From NCBI GenBank assembly GCA_029562645.1, contig JAKQUI010000030.1, positions 35,891-99,890 on the forward strand: a stretch of 64,000 bases of DNA, written 5' to 3'. The DNA comes from Spirochaetota bacterium (GTDB taxonomy: Bacteria > Spirochaetota > UBA4802 > JAKQUI01). Position 1 is the stretch's first letter. Every line of letters begins with the position of its first letter. Positions 10,330-20,702 of this stretch are shown here, in pieces. A model generated the notes under the pieces. It saw only the letters and a program-made list of their open reading frames with translations. It did not search any database and was not told where the DNA came from. The translations under genes were made by a program, and so were the position numbers.

Positions 10330-12894
10330 TTACTTCGCCATTACGACCTTCATAAACTTGTTGAGGATCACCCCACCGCCGCCCGACCGGACGGCCCGGA
10401 TGTGAATATAGTACAGCCCGATCCCCAGCTTCTTGTTCGATTTATTGGTGCCCCGCCAGCCGCCCTCCTTGATATTCTGCCCCCCCTTTCGGAAGGCACC
10501 GTCGAGGATGGTCGCGACCGGGCGGCCCTTGATGTCGTACACCTTGATGGTCACGTAGGCGTCCTCGGTGAGGTAGTACGCCGGGTAGGCGACCGGGTTT
10601 TCGTTTGTAATCACGTTGTTCAGGATGCGCGTGGGCCAGGGGGTGAAGGTGGTCCGTGTCTCAACGATGAAGGCCCAGGGGTGATTGTTCGCGTCCTGAT
10701 CGGTCACCGCGTCGATATCGGAGAAAGTTGACGCCGATCCGATCGATGATTCAACAATGAACCGGACAGAATTACCGAGCTTGATGATTGGCGATGTCGT
10801 CGGCAGATAGGCGGTCCATTTGTTCGGTCCAGCCTTTTGTGCTGTAGCAGATTCGAGATAGTTTGGCGGAGCATAAGCGCCGCTATTGATGACTGGTGGC
10901 ACGGCAAGGTAATCGACAATATTCAGCGCCATATTGTTAGTAAACCACACCTTAACGGAATCGGGCTGTTTGTCGCTAGTCGCGACAATCGAAACATCCA
11001 CGCGAGCATTCGATTCCCGCAGCGGACGCTTGGCATAGTCGCCCGGAGCTGAAGCTGCAGGAAAATCCTCGTTGCGATAGGTGACTATGCCGTCTGTAAT
11101 TGTAACCTCAATTGAGAAAGGCAGCGTCTTGATGGGGCCGGCGGTCGCCGTGACTCGCTCATTCCCAAAGACGTCAACTACAGCCACATAGATAAAATAG
11201 TCAGTAAAAAGCTTCAAATTTGGCAATACTGTATACTTCCTACCGGTCGCGTCAAAATGACGGACCGGATCGCTCAACGGTGCCGGAAATGGATTATTGG
11301 TGACGGCAGCCCCAGCATCGCGCAATGTCGCATCGTTTGCGCCATTCCATTGGGAAAACGGCCCACCGACATTTTCACTGTAATACACCCGGTACTCGTA
11401 AAAGTCGCCATGTATCGATGACGTATTCGTATCAGTCAGATGATCCCAATAGACCGTGATCGATGTCGCTGATGGCGTGGTTCCGCTGATCGCCGCAGCC
11501 ACATTCGGCGCGTGAGTATTCTCCCAGTACACGGTCTGTGCCGTATAATATGTTGCCGCGGCACCATAGTTGGTGTCGATAATCTGTGCCGAAACAGGAA
11601 AAGCGCCAGTGCCCTGAAGTCCATAGCTCGGGTTGGATATCTGAGTCACGTAATACTGATAGGTCCCGGTACTACCCGCTCCCTGCGCCGGAACGCTCCC
11701 AGCCGGTATAATCACGCTCGCGGTGTTTTGCCCATTGGGTATGACGATTGGGAACGACGTACCGCCGTTATAATTGATTGTTATCGTTGTGTTCCCCTGC
11801 ATCGTCCCACCGTTCATCGTCGCGGTTACCGTGAACAGAACAGCCGCCGCATTAACGCTTTTCCAGTGATAGGGCGCATTATCGCGACCGCCGCCGAGTG
11901 TAATCGTCATTGCGCTCACATGAACGCGGTTCACCTCGAACGGCAACGAATTCCGGCAGGTATAGGTGCCTGCAGCGAGGCCATTAAGGGCTACTTGGAA
12001 ACGCCAATACGATTGTCCAAGCGGATGTGGTGAGACGAAATAGGGATAGTTACCAGTTACAGATACTGCATCAACACCGCTGACATCAGTCCAGGTCGTG
12101 TTGATATCAACCGTTCCGTCATTGTTCGTATCCTTCCACAACACCTTGTTTCCGACAAGTGCGGGATTTCCTGTTCTGGCTTCGACACCATCTGCTGCGG
12201 CAGCTCCGGGAATATCGAACACCAGGGTTCCCGTTACGGTAAAATTACCCGCATGATAGGGACTCACCCTGCCGTCATCGATAAAAGTGTTCCCCGAACC
12301 TTGCTGGGACATGTTGAATACCCGCACGCGATTGCAAAAGCCATAGGTGAGTAGCGAGGTGTTCGTAACCGTGCTTGGGGAGTCACAGGTCGCAGTGACG
12401 GAAATGGTTCGTCCTGCTGGCAATTGTGTCGCAAGCCCTGTAGCGCCGCCGACATTCCAGGCGAATGTGATCTGGAACCGTAAATCGAGGATCGAAGTGC
12501 CGCTCACATTGGTTCCAACAACTGCTGCAGCGATCGACGATCCCCCGACACCAGCTATCGCAAAGGTGCCCGCTCCATTAGCGACGGCCGGCGCCGTCCA
12601 TGTAGCGACGGCATTTACTCCGCCACCGAGTGGTATTGTCACCTGCACAGTATTATAATGTGTTCGGTCAGTATCGAGAGGATCGTTTACAATCACGCGA
12701 AACTCGTACTGGACTTGCGGTATATAGTAATTACCCGTCGACATAAGGGTCGGGGCAGCGGGAATAATGGTGACCGACGAGACATTTCCCCTGCTCTGAT
12801 CGCTTATGAACACAAACGATACGAGCAGCATACCGACAAGAAGGGTTTTTATATAAATTCGGTATCGTAGAAATATTTTTGTTTTATTCAGCAT
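10330..12894 (-). CDS. Large secreted surface protein with an FN3-like domain and a C-terminal FlgD-Ig/T9SS-type sorting-like beta-sandwich
   Basis: N-terminal signal/TM KTLLVGMLLVSFVFIS. FN3-like SATSITVYWDHL...YEYRVYY. C-terminus YVTIKVYDIKGRPVATILDG...GLYYIHIRAV...KFMKVVMAK. Lower GC than the flanks. Confidence 0.8.
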   Translation of the reverse strand: MLNKTKIFLRYRIYIKTLLVGMLLVSFVFISDQSRGNVSSVTIIPAAPTLMSTGNYYIPQVQYEFRVIVNDPLDTDRTHYNTVQVTIPLGGGVNAVATWTAPAVANGAGTFAIAGVGGSSIAAAVVGTNVSGTSILDLRFQITFAWNVGGATGLATQLPAGRTISVTATCDSPSTVTNTSLLTYGFCNRVRVFNMSQQGSGNTFIDDGRVSPYHAGNFTVTGTLVFDIPGAAAADGVEARTGNPALVGNKVLWKDTNNDGTVDINTTWTDVSGVDAVSVTGNYPYFVSPHPLGQSYWRFQVALNGLAAGTYTCRNSLPFEVNRVHVSAMTITLGGGRDNAPYHWKSVNAAAVLFTVTATMNGGTMQGNTTITINYNGGTSFPIVIPNGQNTASVIIPAGSVPAQGAGSTGTYQYYVTQISNPSYGLQGTGAFPVSAQIIDTNYGAAATYYTAQTVYWENTHAPNVAAAISGTTPSATSITVYWDHLTDTNTSSIHGDFYEYRVYYSENVGGPFSQWNGANDATLRDAGAAVTNNPFPAPLSDPVRHFDATGRKYTVLPNLKLFTDYFIYVAVVDVFGNERVTATAGPIKTLPFSIEVTITDGIVTYRNEDFPAASAPGDYAKRPLRESNARVDVSIVATSDKQPDSVKVWFTNNMALNIVDYLAVPPVINSGAYAPPNYLESATAQKAGPNKWTAYLPTTSPIIKLGNSVRFIVESSIGSASTFSDIDAVTDQDANNHPWAFIVETRTTFTPWPTRILNNVITNENPVAYPAYYLTEDAYVTIKVYDIKGRPVATILDGAFRKGGQNIKEGGWRGTNKSNKKLGIGLYYIHIRAVRSGGGGVILNKFMKVVMAK

Positions 12895-13035
12895 CGGTAA
12901 AGATTGTCAAACACATCCACTTGGGCGTTTTTGTTCATATTTTATCAATTTAAAGATTGCATTTATTGGATACGATAGTATACTTAACTATGTAATGCAA
13001 CGAATAATTAATCAATAAAAATCAGCCGCAAAGCT

Positions 13036-16000
13036 ATGTACCGACTTCGAACAACGCTTGGACTGACACTGGTAGTGGCCGCTCTCTTTTCCGCCTGTGC
13101 AAAAGAGGCCGAAATAGTTGTGCCCAACCCAATCATCGAAACCGATACCGGGACCGGCATTACCTCTTTGTACCCTCAGATTCAGGCCATGTACCCGGGA
13201 AGTCTACAAACTGTCCCCGCTCCGCCGCCCCCCACAGCCGGCATAACACGAGACGGGGCCGCACAAACAAAAGTCATTCTAGCTTTTACACGCACCATCG
13301 ACATCGCGAGCATCACCCTCAACGACGATGTTGAACTCTATCAGGGAGCCATTGAGATTGGGTTTGCCTCAATGACTCCTGGGGCACATTCACGAACATT
13401 TGTGCTCACCACCAACGCTCTTGCCGCATCGACCACCTATACCGTTCGAATCTACAGAACCCTTTATGAAGCGGGGGATCCGACGAGTCTGCTTGATTTT
13501 AGCAATCTGGGGACCCTGCAGATCCCTCCGGGCGATACCTACGTGGAGTACAGCTTCACCACCAGCGCTGCGGCGCCGGGAAGCGATACGACGCCACCGG
13601 TACTTACGAGCATCGACCCAGCGAATGGTGCAGCAAACGTACCAATTACTCTCGATACTGGAACACTGGACGGATACACTTCCATAGTATTCGATAAAAC
13701 CGTAAACCCGGTAACCCTGATAAATGCCAATCTGTCTCTGCAATATTGGACAGGAGCCGCATGGGCGAACTTTCCTGACGGGTGGACCATTGCAATTGAT
13801 ACAAGCGACGTACAGCTCCGCACCTATCGGCTATACCCGAACGGCGAACTCGCGTATAATACCCAGTATCGGCACAATATCTCCATTGGAAACACCATCC
13901 AAGATATTAACGGAAATTTGATGGTGAACAACACCACGAATGAATTTACAACGCTCAATTTCGCAGCAAGCACAATCACCAACTATATCATTGAACAGGG
14001 ATCCGCTGCCGACCGTATCAGGATCACCTGGTACACCAGCACGCCATCGATCACAAATGTCGCCATTGATGACGGCCCAACCTTTGTCGCTGCCGTCCAA
14101 AGCTACAGTCCGGCATACCCCACCGAGTACGACTATTACCATTCCCACGAATTTGCAGGCCTCACCAGGAACGAAGTTTACAGCGTTAGAATTATCGCTG
14201 ATTCCAATCCTGCCGAAACAAACGATCACATACTGACGCTCGATGGGGTGTTTCGGACTACGCCGACGGCGGCACAGAACTCGCAGCTGGCGGTCGCCGC
14301 CTCGAACAAATCCAGCCTGCGATGGTCGCAAATTGACCAAAACAGGTCGTATGTTGTTTATCGGGACAGCGGAACGCCCGACATTCGTGCGCAATTCATC
14401 AATACGGGTGCGATTCAATGGGGTGCAAACGGAACCCCGGTTTTCGCATCAGATGGTTCAATAGAATCCATACCGAACAATAGCGATGGGATAATCGTAA
14501 CACGTTCAGACGGTACACAGTATATCTATGCGGCAAACATCCGTCACAATGCCGGATTGGAATCCGTATGGGGTGCCCCAACGCAAAAAACCATTTATAA
14601 TGCGGGTGGCGCCACAACGCTTTCGGCGGCAAGGATATCTTTAACTTATAGCGGATATGTCACCGTTTTAACGAGTGGCACCGCCAACCTCAACTACCTG
14701 TATGATTCGACGCTTGATTTCTCGAGCTTTTTAGCGCTCGACGCTGGAGACCACATCATCAATGAAGCCCAAAACCTCCATACGACCATAAGCGCCATCA
14801 GCGCCATCGCCCCATTCCATTTTCTGCAATTAAACGCCGACATTATTTCAGCGGGAAATTTGGGGTTCCGTATTGGCGATAACGATATTACAGAATCCGG
14901 AATAGAGGCAGCCGATGCAGTCGGCACCACGATCACGGTTGATGTTAACTCGCTTGATAATGGCGATATGATTACAAATGGAACAAATTACACCTATCTC
15001 ACTTCGGGAGCAGCAGGAGGTGGACCGTACACCTATACAACGGCCATAAATTCTGGATTTGTTAACACAAATCCCCTCACCACGTACGACTATATAACAA
15101 ACGGAACTGCGGATACGAATACGCTGTATGATCCACTCACAAACTTCAGCACTGTCGTCGCAGGTGGAATTCTTTTAAATGACATAACGATCAATACCGA
15201 CAACGGCACGAGCGATAAGATCTCATCCATTTCAGCCGAATCGAACGGCCTCCTTCTTCTAGCTACAGCGGGTACGTTCTTGTTTGACACGGCAGCCGCC
15301 GATGCCTATTCGATCCTTCGCCTCCCCGATCACACCACACTGATCACCAGCGGCATCAGCACGGGATTTGCCAGCAATGACGTGACGCAAGCGGGGCGAC
15401 AGTTTATCACAACCGATGGCGTGCAGGTCGGCGACATTCTTTTCAATATACCGCAAAACGCATATGCCCGAATAACCTCACGAACAGAAGACACCCTGAC
15501 CCTCAGCCAGCAGGTTTTTACTGGAATCGGTCAATCATTCATTGTAATACGTTTTTCCGGACTTACTTTCGTCTGGGCGGAAGGCAACGAGATATTCGGA
15601 AAGACTGTTAACAATTCGAATGGCTCGCCCGTTCTGCCAGACGCCCTTGCCACAGGTAAATTTACAATAACCGACAACGCGAACTCTTTTCGAAATCCAC
15701 ATATCGTTAGTGACACCACCGGCAATGCGATCGTCATATACGAGATGGATGCCGGCGGTGGCACATGGAACATCCGTGCGAAGAAGATACGAAGCGACGG
15801 CGCATTCGTCTGGGGAGGGGGCAGCGCCGCTGACGGAACTGTTGTTGCCAATGCAATCACGCCTCCGGCCGGAAAAAACCCGATCGTTAAAGTCGTCGAA
15901 AATGGCGCAGGCGGCGCATGGGTTCTCTATCATACATCGACATCAATCGCCCTTGTGCATATTACTGACCCAGGCGTAGTGACGCTAATAGCCTCAATCG

Positions 16001-16500
16001 CTACTGCATATAATCCTGACATGGCCATACTAAGCACTAATAGCATCGGTATCGCCTATGAGATGAATACAACAGTCGGCACGGAAGTTTTCCGAAGGAT
16101 ATATGCTAGGGTCTATGACAATACCCCTGCGAACACGGGCCTGGAAACCCATGTGCGGCCGGGCGGTCATCAGGCGTATAATCAAATCAACCCGCGGATC
16201 GGTCCCGACGGATCCGGCGGTTGTATAATCTCCTGGCTTGAGACCAAATATATGTCGTCTATTTACTATGCCCTTTTCGCTCAGCATTTCGATGGAACCC
16301 TTGGAACAAATTATTACGGAGATGACCGATTCGTCGCAATACCAGTACGAAGCGATCAATCAGCGAATCCATACTTAATCGAACACGCTGTCATAAGGTA
16401 TAATGACGGGACAGCTCCAAATGCCGGCTTGTTCTTTTGGTTGGATGAACGCGCCGGGGCGCAAATTGATATTTATTTTCAACAGATAGCAGACCTATAA
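13036..16500 (+). CDS. Giant surface lipoprotein with SbsA-Ig (Big_5)-like N-terminal domains
   Basis: MYRLRTTLGLTLVVAALFSACAKE (lipobox). TTPPVLTSIDPANGAANVPI is typical of Big_5 domains. T/N/G/S-rich 1154 aa. Lower GC than the flanks. Confidence 0.8.
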   Translation: MYRLRTTLGLTLVVAALFSACAKEAEIVVPNPIIETDTGTGITSLYPQIQAMYPGSLQTVPAPPPPTAGITRDGAAQTKVILAFTRTIDIASITLNDDVELYQGAIEIGFASMTPGAHSRTFVLTTNALAASTTYTVRIYRTLYEAGDPTSLLDFSNLGTLQIPPGDTYVEYSFTTSAAAPGSDTTPPVLTSIDPANGAANVPITLDTGTLDGYTSIVFDKTVNPVTLINANLSLQYWTGAAWANFPDGWTIAIDTSDVQLRTYRLYPNGELAYNTQYRHNISIGNTIQDINGNLMVNNTTNEFTTLNFAASTITNYIIEQGSAADRIRITWYTSTPSITNVAIDDGPTFVAAVQSYSPAYPTEYDYYHSHEFAGLTRNEVYSVRIIADSNPAETNDHILTLDGVFRTTPTAAQNSQLAVAASNKSSLRWSQIDQNRSYVVYRDSGTPDIRAQFINTGAIQWGANGTPVFASDGSIESIPNNSDGIIVTRSDGTQYIYAANIRHNAGLESVWGAPTQKTIYNAGGATTLSAARISLTYSGYVTVLTSGTANLNYLYDSTLDFSSFLALDAGDHIINEAQNLHTTISAISAIAPFHFLQLNADIISAGNLGFRIGDNDITESGIEAADAVGTTITVDVNSLDNGDMITNGTNYTYLTSGAAGGGPYTYTTAINSGFVNTNPLTTYDYITNGTADTNTLYDPLTNFSTVVAGGILLNDITINTDNGTSDKISSISAESNGLLLLATAGTFLFDTAAADAYSILRLPDHTTLITSGISTGFASNDVTQAGRQFITTDGVQVGDILFNIPQNAYARITSRTEDTLTLSQQVFTGIGQSFIVIRFSGLTFVWAEGNEIFGKTVNNSNGSPVLPDALATGKFTITDNANSFRNPHIVSDTTGNAIVIYEMDAGGGTWNIRAKKIRSDGAFVWGGGSAADGTVVANAITPPAGKNPIVKVVENGAGGAWVLYHTSTSIALVHITDPGVVTLIASIATAYNPDMAILSTNSIGIAYEMNTTVGTEVFRRIYARVYDNTPANTGLETHVRPGGHQAYNQINPRIGPDGSGGCIISWLETKYMSSIYYALFAQHFDGTLGTNYYGDDRFVAIPVRSDQSANPYLIEHAVIRYNDGTAPNAGLFFWLDERAGAQIDIYFQQIADL

Positions 16501-16870
16501 TAATTCGTTTAACACGTATCAGGTTTACCCTTCTCATTCAGTCTGACCCTAAACACCCCTCACCCCCGCAAACACCATTCACATTACATCATCTTACGAA
16601 AGCTCAACAGTATCCACATCATGTAAGAATGATTTAACCCCCGATATCATCAACATTTCATAAATTTTATCTGACCAGCCAGTTTATATATTTTTTGGTA
16701 TTTGTTGATATCGCTTTCTCATCAAATATTACACTTTATTCATTATTATTGGTGAAAAAAAATTCACATAAAATACCGTCCAGCCGTAATTTTTTGTTGA
16801 CGATGATCGATAATACAAGTATCTATATCCCATAAGCAACTTATGGAACCAGCATCCAAGAGGAGGAGTT

Positions 16871-17770
16871 ATGAAACATAAGATTTTATTGATAGCAATC
16901 GCGATCGTTTTCGCGTTCAGCGCGGCGGCGTTTGCCGGCGGATCGACGCCGAAGTGCACCACCAAGTACCCGGTCGTTCTGGCCCACGGGATGGGCGCCT
17001 CGGCGCAGATCCTCGGCATCATCGACTACTGGAACGGCATTCCCCAGGCCCTCCGCGACGAGGGAGCGAAGGTGTACATCACCTCGGTGAACGGCATGGA
17101 CAGCACCGCCAACAAGGCGGCCAGTTTTAAAGCGCAATTCCTGAACATCAAGGCGGTCACCGGCGCGGCGAAACTGAACGTGATCGGCCACTCGCACGGC
17201 ACCATCTACACCCGGTATGCGATCTCGAACCTGGCGCTTTCCTCGTATGTGGCCAGCCATACCAGCATCGCCGGCCCGCACCGCGGCAGCGCGGTCGCAG
17301 ACGTGATTTTAGGCGTTGTCCCCAACGTGGCCCAACCGCTCGTCGGCGCGACCTTGGATTTCGTGTACGCCTTCATCTTCGGCGACAAGAACCCAAACAG
17401 CCTGCAGAACGGCTACGACCTGGTCCGCAGCTATATGATAAACACCTTTAATCCGAACACCCCCAACAAGTCCGGCATCTACTATCAGAGCTGGGCGGCG
17501 AAGATCAAGACGATGGCGATCGACGCGCGCAACTGGTACTTCCTGGTCACCTGGCCGATCCTCCTCTACTATGAAGGGGCGAACGACGGTCTGGTATCGG
17601 TCACCTCGGCGCAGTGGGGCACCTTCCGCGGGACGCATGAAGGCGCATGGTATTCGGCCGGCGTCGACCACCTGAACATCATCGACCAGCCATTCGGGAT
17701 CACCCCGGGCTTCGACGCTCCCGACTTCTTCGTGGGCATCGTGTCCGAACTGAAGGGCAAGGGATATTAA
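16871..17770 (+). CDS. Secreted triacylglycerol lipase, bacterial family I (Pseudomonas/Burkholderia type)
   Basis: Signal peptide, YPVVLAHGMG, nucleophile elbow IGHSHGT, and C-terminal GVDHLNIID (catalytic His region). RBS AAGAGGAGG precedes ATG 16871. Confidence 0.85.
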   Translation: MKHKILLIAIAIVFAFSAAAFAGGSTPKCTTKYPVVLAHGMGASAQILGIIDYWNGIPQALRDEGAKVYITSVNGMDSTANKAASFKAQFLNIKAVTGAAKLNVIGHSHGTIYTRYAISNLALSSYVASHTSIAGPHRGSAVADVILGVVPNVAQPLVGATLDFVYAFIFGDKNPNSLQNGYDLVRSYMINTFNPNTPNKSGIYYQSWAAKIKTMAIDARNWYFLVTWPILLYYEGANDGLVSVTSAQWGTFRGTHEGAWYSAGVDHLNIIDQPFGITPGFDAPDFFVGIVSELKGKGY

Positions 17771-17787
17771 AAAGACGCAGAGATAAG

Positions 17788-18504
17788 CTACTCCAAGAGG
17801 CCGCAGTGCATGATTCGAGGCGTCGGAAACGACGCCTCGATTATTTTTACCAGCGCGGGGATCTCGCCGAAGCGGCGGGCGATATGCCGGGCGCTTGAGA
17901 TCTCCGCGTCGCCCGCATGACCGAAGGCGCAGCCGATGAAGGCGACCCCGTTACCGCGAGCGGCGGCCATGTCCGATCCACGGTCGCCAATCATCACGAA
18001 CACGCCGTTGCCGGACGAATGGAGCCGGACGTACTCGCGCACGATGTCCGTCTTGTCGCGGCGGCCGGACGCGCGGTCGATGCACAGGACCGGCCGCTCG
18101 AAGAGCCGCCAGAGGCCGTGCGTCTCCAGGATGCTCCGCAGGTACTCGATGCGGCCGTTCGACGCAACGAGGAACCGGTGGCCATCGCGCGCCAGGGCGG
18201 CGAGCGTTTCCGCGGCCCCGTCGATGAGCCCCCCTCCGCCGGATCGCACCATCGCCGAGAGCCGTTCGGTGCACAATCGCTCCATGAGCGATCGCGAATC
18301 CGCATCGAGCCCGGGAAAGAGCGCCGAGAAGATGGCGCCGGCCGGATTGCCGATCTGCGCGATGATGTCCGATTTTGCGGGAAGATCCAGGCGTGCGCCC
18401 GGCTGACGTCGCATGAAGTCGTCGATCCCGCCGGCGAAGGCGTCCACGATAATGCTGTCGCTGTCGAAGATGGTGCCGTCGACGTCGAAGGCGAGAACGG
18501 CCAT
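17788..18504 (-). CDS. HAD-superfamily hydrolase (phosphoglycolate phosphatase-like)
   Basis: MAVLAFDVDGTIFDS (DxDGT motif I), VASNG (motif II), GDRGSD (motif IV). Refined start is ATG 18504. Confidence 0.8.
   Translation of the reverse strand: MAVLAFDVDGTIFDSDSIIVDAFAGGIDDFMRRQPGARLDLPAKSDIIAQIGNPAGAIFSALFPGLDADSRSLMERLCTERLSAMVRSGGGGLIDGAAETLAALARDGHRFLVASNGRIEYLRSILETHGLWRLFERPVLCIDRASGRRDKTDIVREYVRLHSSGNGVFVMIGDRGSDMAAARGNGVAFIGCAFGHAGDAEISSARHIARRFGEIPALVKIIEASFPTPRIMHCGLLE
17815..17848 (+). terminator. Rho-independent terminator for the lipase gene, embedded in the 3' coding end of the convergent HAD gene
   Basis: Perfect 11-bp stem TCGAGGCGTCG / CGACGCCTCGA with loop GAAA, then TTATTTTTA. 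Confidence 0.65.
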
Positions 18505-18662
18505 GGCTGCTCCCTGCGCACATTTAATTCTTGACTCGCGCGGTTTGGCGCGCTCGTATGCACCGTCAACCGCCCCGTACGCTTGTCCGCCGCGCGCGGG
18601 CACCTGTAAAGTGAAATTCTCTGAATCCGCGCACGGGCGCGCACGCGACACTCGCTATCGAC

Positions 18663-19637
18663 ATGGACCTCTCGGTTAACATCGGGCCGCTTACGCTCAC
18701 AAATCCCGTCACCCTCGCCTCCGGGACCGCGGGCTACGGGGAGGAGCTCGCGAAGTATTACGATCTCTCGCGCATCGGCGCCATCTTCACCAAGGGGCTC
18801 TCGCTGAAACCGCGCGCGGGCAATGCGGGCAACCGCATCTTGGAAACGCCGGCGGGCGTGCTGAACTCCATTGGCCTGGAGAACGTGGGCCTCGAAAAAT
18901 TCCTTTCGGACAAGCTCCCGCCCCTTGCGGCCACGGGGGTCGCGGTGATACCCAACGTCGCCGGGCACTCGGTGGACGAGAACGTGGACCTCTGCCGGGA
19001 GCTTTCGAACGCCCCCGGCGTCGCGGCCCTCGAGCTCAACGTATCGTGCCCCAACGTGAAGGAGGGCGGGATCGCCTTCGGGCGCGACCCGAAGGTGTTC
19101 GCGGACCTGGTGGAAAAAACGCGCGCCGTCACGCGCTGCGCGCTCATCGTGAAACTCTCCCCCAACGTGACCGACATCACCGAGTTCGCGAAAATCGCCG
19201 AGGAGCGCGGCGCCGACGCGGTGTCGGCCGTAAACACCTATCTGGGCATGAAGATTGACATCGATGCGCGACGCCCGCACTTCCGCAACCGCGTGGCGGG
19301 CCTGAGCGGCCCGGCGATCCGTCCGATGGCCGTGCGCGCCGTATACGAGATATTCGAGCGCACGCGCATCCCCATCGTCGGGATCGGCGGCATCGCCACG
19401 GCCGAGGACGCGCTGGAGTTCATCATGGCCGGCGCGAGCGCGGTTTCCATCGGCACCATGAACATGGTGCATCCCGACGCGGGGATCCGCTGCCTGCAGG
19501 GGATCGAAGAGTTCTGCCGCGCGGAGCGGATCGGCACGGTGCGCGACTTGATCGGGTGCGCCCACGGGGACCGCGTCCCGGCCTCGAGCGCGTGCGATGC
19601 CGCCCAGCCAATCAACACGCCCACGACGGGCCCATAA
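18663..19637 (+). CDS. pyrD: Dihydroorotate dehydrogenase, class 1 catalytic subunit
   Basis: NPVTLASGTAGYGEE, LNSIGLENVG, ELNVSCPNVKEGG, GIGGIATAEDALEFIMAGASAV. Confidence 0.93.
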   Translation: MDLSVNIGPLTLTNPVTLASGTAGYGEELAKYYDLSRIGAIFTKGLSLKPRAGNAGNRILETPAGVLNSIGLENVGLEKFLSDKLPPLAATGVAVIPNVAGHSVDENVDLCRELSNAPGVAALELNVSCPNVKEGGIAFGRDPKVFADLVEKTRAVTRCALIVKLSPNVTDITEFAKIAEERGADAVSAVNTYLGMKIDIDARRPHFRNRVAGLSGPAIRPMAVRAVYEIFERTRIPIVGIGGIATAEDALEFIMAGASAVSIGTMNMVHPDAGIRCLQGIEEFCRAERIGTVRDLIGCAHGDRVPASSACDAAQPINTPTTGP

Positions 19638-19649
19638 CAAGAGGAACCG

Positions 19650-20702
19650 ATGAAATACTGGAACGCCCGACTGAAAAAGATGAGCGAGTACGTCCCCGGC
19701 GAGCAGCCGGAGAACCTGAGCGAGTTCATCAAGCTCAACACCAACGAAAACCCGTTCCCCCCGCCGGCCTCGGTCACGGAGGCGATGCGCAAGGCCTGCG
19801 ACGAGTCCATCCGCCGCTACCCCAGCCCCACCTCGCTGTCCGCGCGCGAGGCCTTCGCCAAGGAACACGCGCTGGGCGTGGAAAACGTGATGCTGGGCAA
19901 CGGCTCGGACGAGATCTTCACGCTGCTGTTTCGCGGCTTCATCGAGCCCAAGGGCCTCGCGGCGTTTCCCTACCCATCGTATTCGCTGTACTACACGCTC
20001 GCGGAGGCCAACGGCATCAAGTACGAAAAACTGCCGCTCACCGCGTCGCTGGACGTGAACCTGGACGAGTACCTGAAAAAACCCTATGACCTGGTAATCA
20101 TCGGAAACCCCAACAATCCCACCGGCCGCGGCGTGGAGGTGAAGGCCATCCGCGCCTTCCTGGGGAAATTCGCGGGTCTCCTGGTGGTGGACGAGGCCTA
20201 TGTCGATTTCTACGGCGAGACCGCCATCGGGCTTGTCGCCGATTTCGACAATATCATCGTGACGCGCTCGTTGTCGAAGTCGTGCTCGCTGGCGGGGATG
20301 CGCGTCGGTTTCGCCGCGGCGTCCAAGGAGATCATCCAGGGCCTGCTCAAGCTCAAGGACTCGTACAACATCGACCGGGTGGCCGAGGCGGCGGCGCGCG
20401 CGGCCATTCTCGACCGCAAGGGCGTCGCCTACAACATCTCGATGCTTCGCAGCAACAAGGAATACCTGGAGGAGCGGCTGGCCGACATGGATTTCGAGGT
20501 GGTCCCCTCCAAGGCGAACTTTCTTTTCGTCCGGCACCCGTCCGTGCCCGCCGCGGACCTCTTCGAACAGCTCAAGGAGCGTAAGATCCTGGTGCGCTAC
20601 TTTACGGGACCGGTGCAGGGCGAGTATGTCCGCATCACCGTGGGAACGATGATGGAGATCAAGACGCTCGTGAAGGAACTGGGCGCTATTGTGACAGCTT
20701 GA
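19650..20702 (+). CDS. hisC: Histidinol-phosphate aminotransferase
   Basis: KLNTNENPFPPP, RYPSPTS, GNPNNPTG, TRSLSKSCSLAGMRVGF (PLP-Lys region). Confidence 0.9.
   Translation: MKYWNARLKKMSEYVPGEQPENLSEFIKLNTNENPFPPPASVTEAMRKACDESIRRYPSPTSLSAREAFAKEHALGVENVMLGNGSDEIFTLLFRGFIEPKGLAAFPYPSYSLYYTLAEANGIKYEKLPLTASLDVNLDEYLKKPYDLVIIGNPNNPTGRGVEVKAIRAFLGKFAGLLVVDEAYVDFYGETAIGLVADFDNIIVTRSLSKSCSLAGMRVGFAAASKEIIQGLLKLKDSYNIDRVAEAAARAAILDRKGVAYNISMLRSNKEYLEERLADMDFEVVPSKANFLFVRHPSVPAADLFEQLKERKILVRYFTGPVQGEYVRITVGTMMEIKTLVKELGAIVTA

Noticed and set aside
12898-12958. 9-nt repeat TAAAGATTG (12898 and 12950) in the spacer between the two giant surface-protein genes
   Set aside because: It is too short to be significant in a 141-bp AT-rich region. 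It is probably just promoter-like sequence (an ATTGTCAA / -35-type element).
10200-17800. The lower-GC block as a mobile element or genomic island
   Set aside because: It has no integrase, transposase, tRNA attachment site, flanking direct repeats or phage genes. The compositional shift may simply reflect the T/N/S-rich repetitive surface proteins.
17994-20537. 847-aa ORF on the minus strand spanning pyrD and hisC
   Set aside because: It is antisense to two genes with unmistakable conserved motifs. The product is R/G/A/D/H/V-rich low-complexity sequence, typical of stop-codon-poor antisense frames in high-GC DNA.
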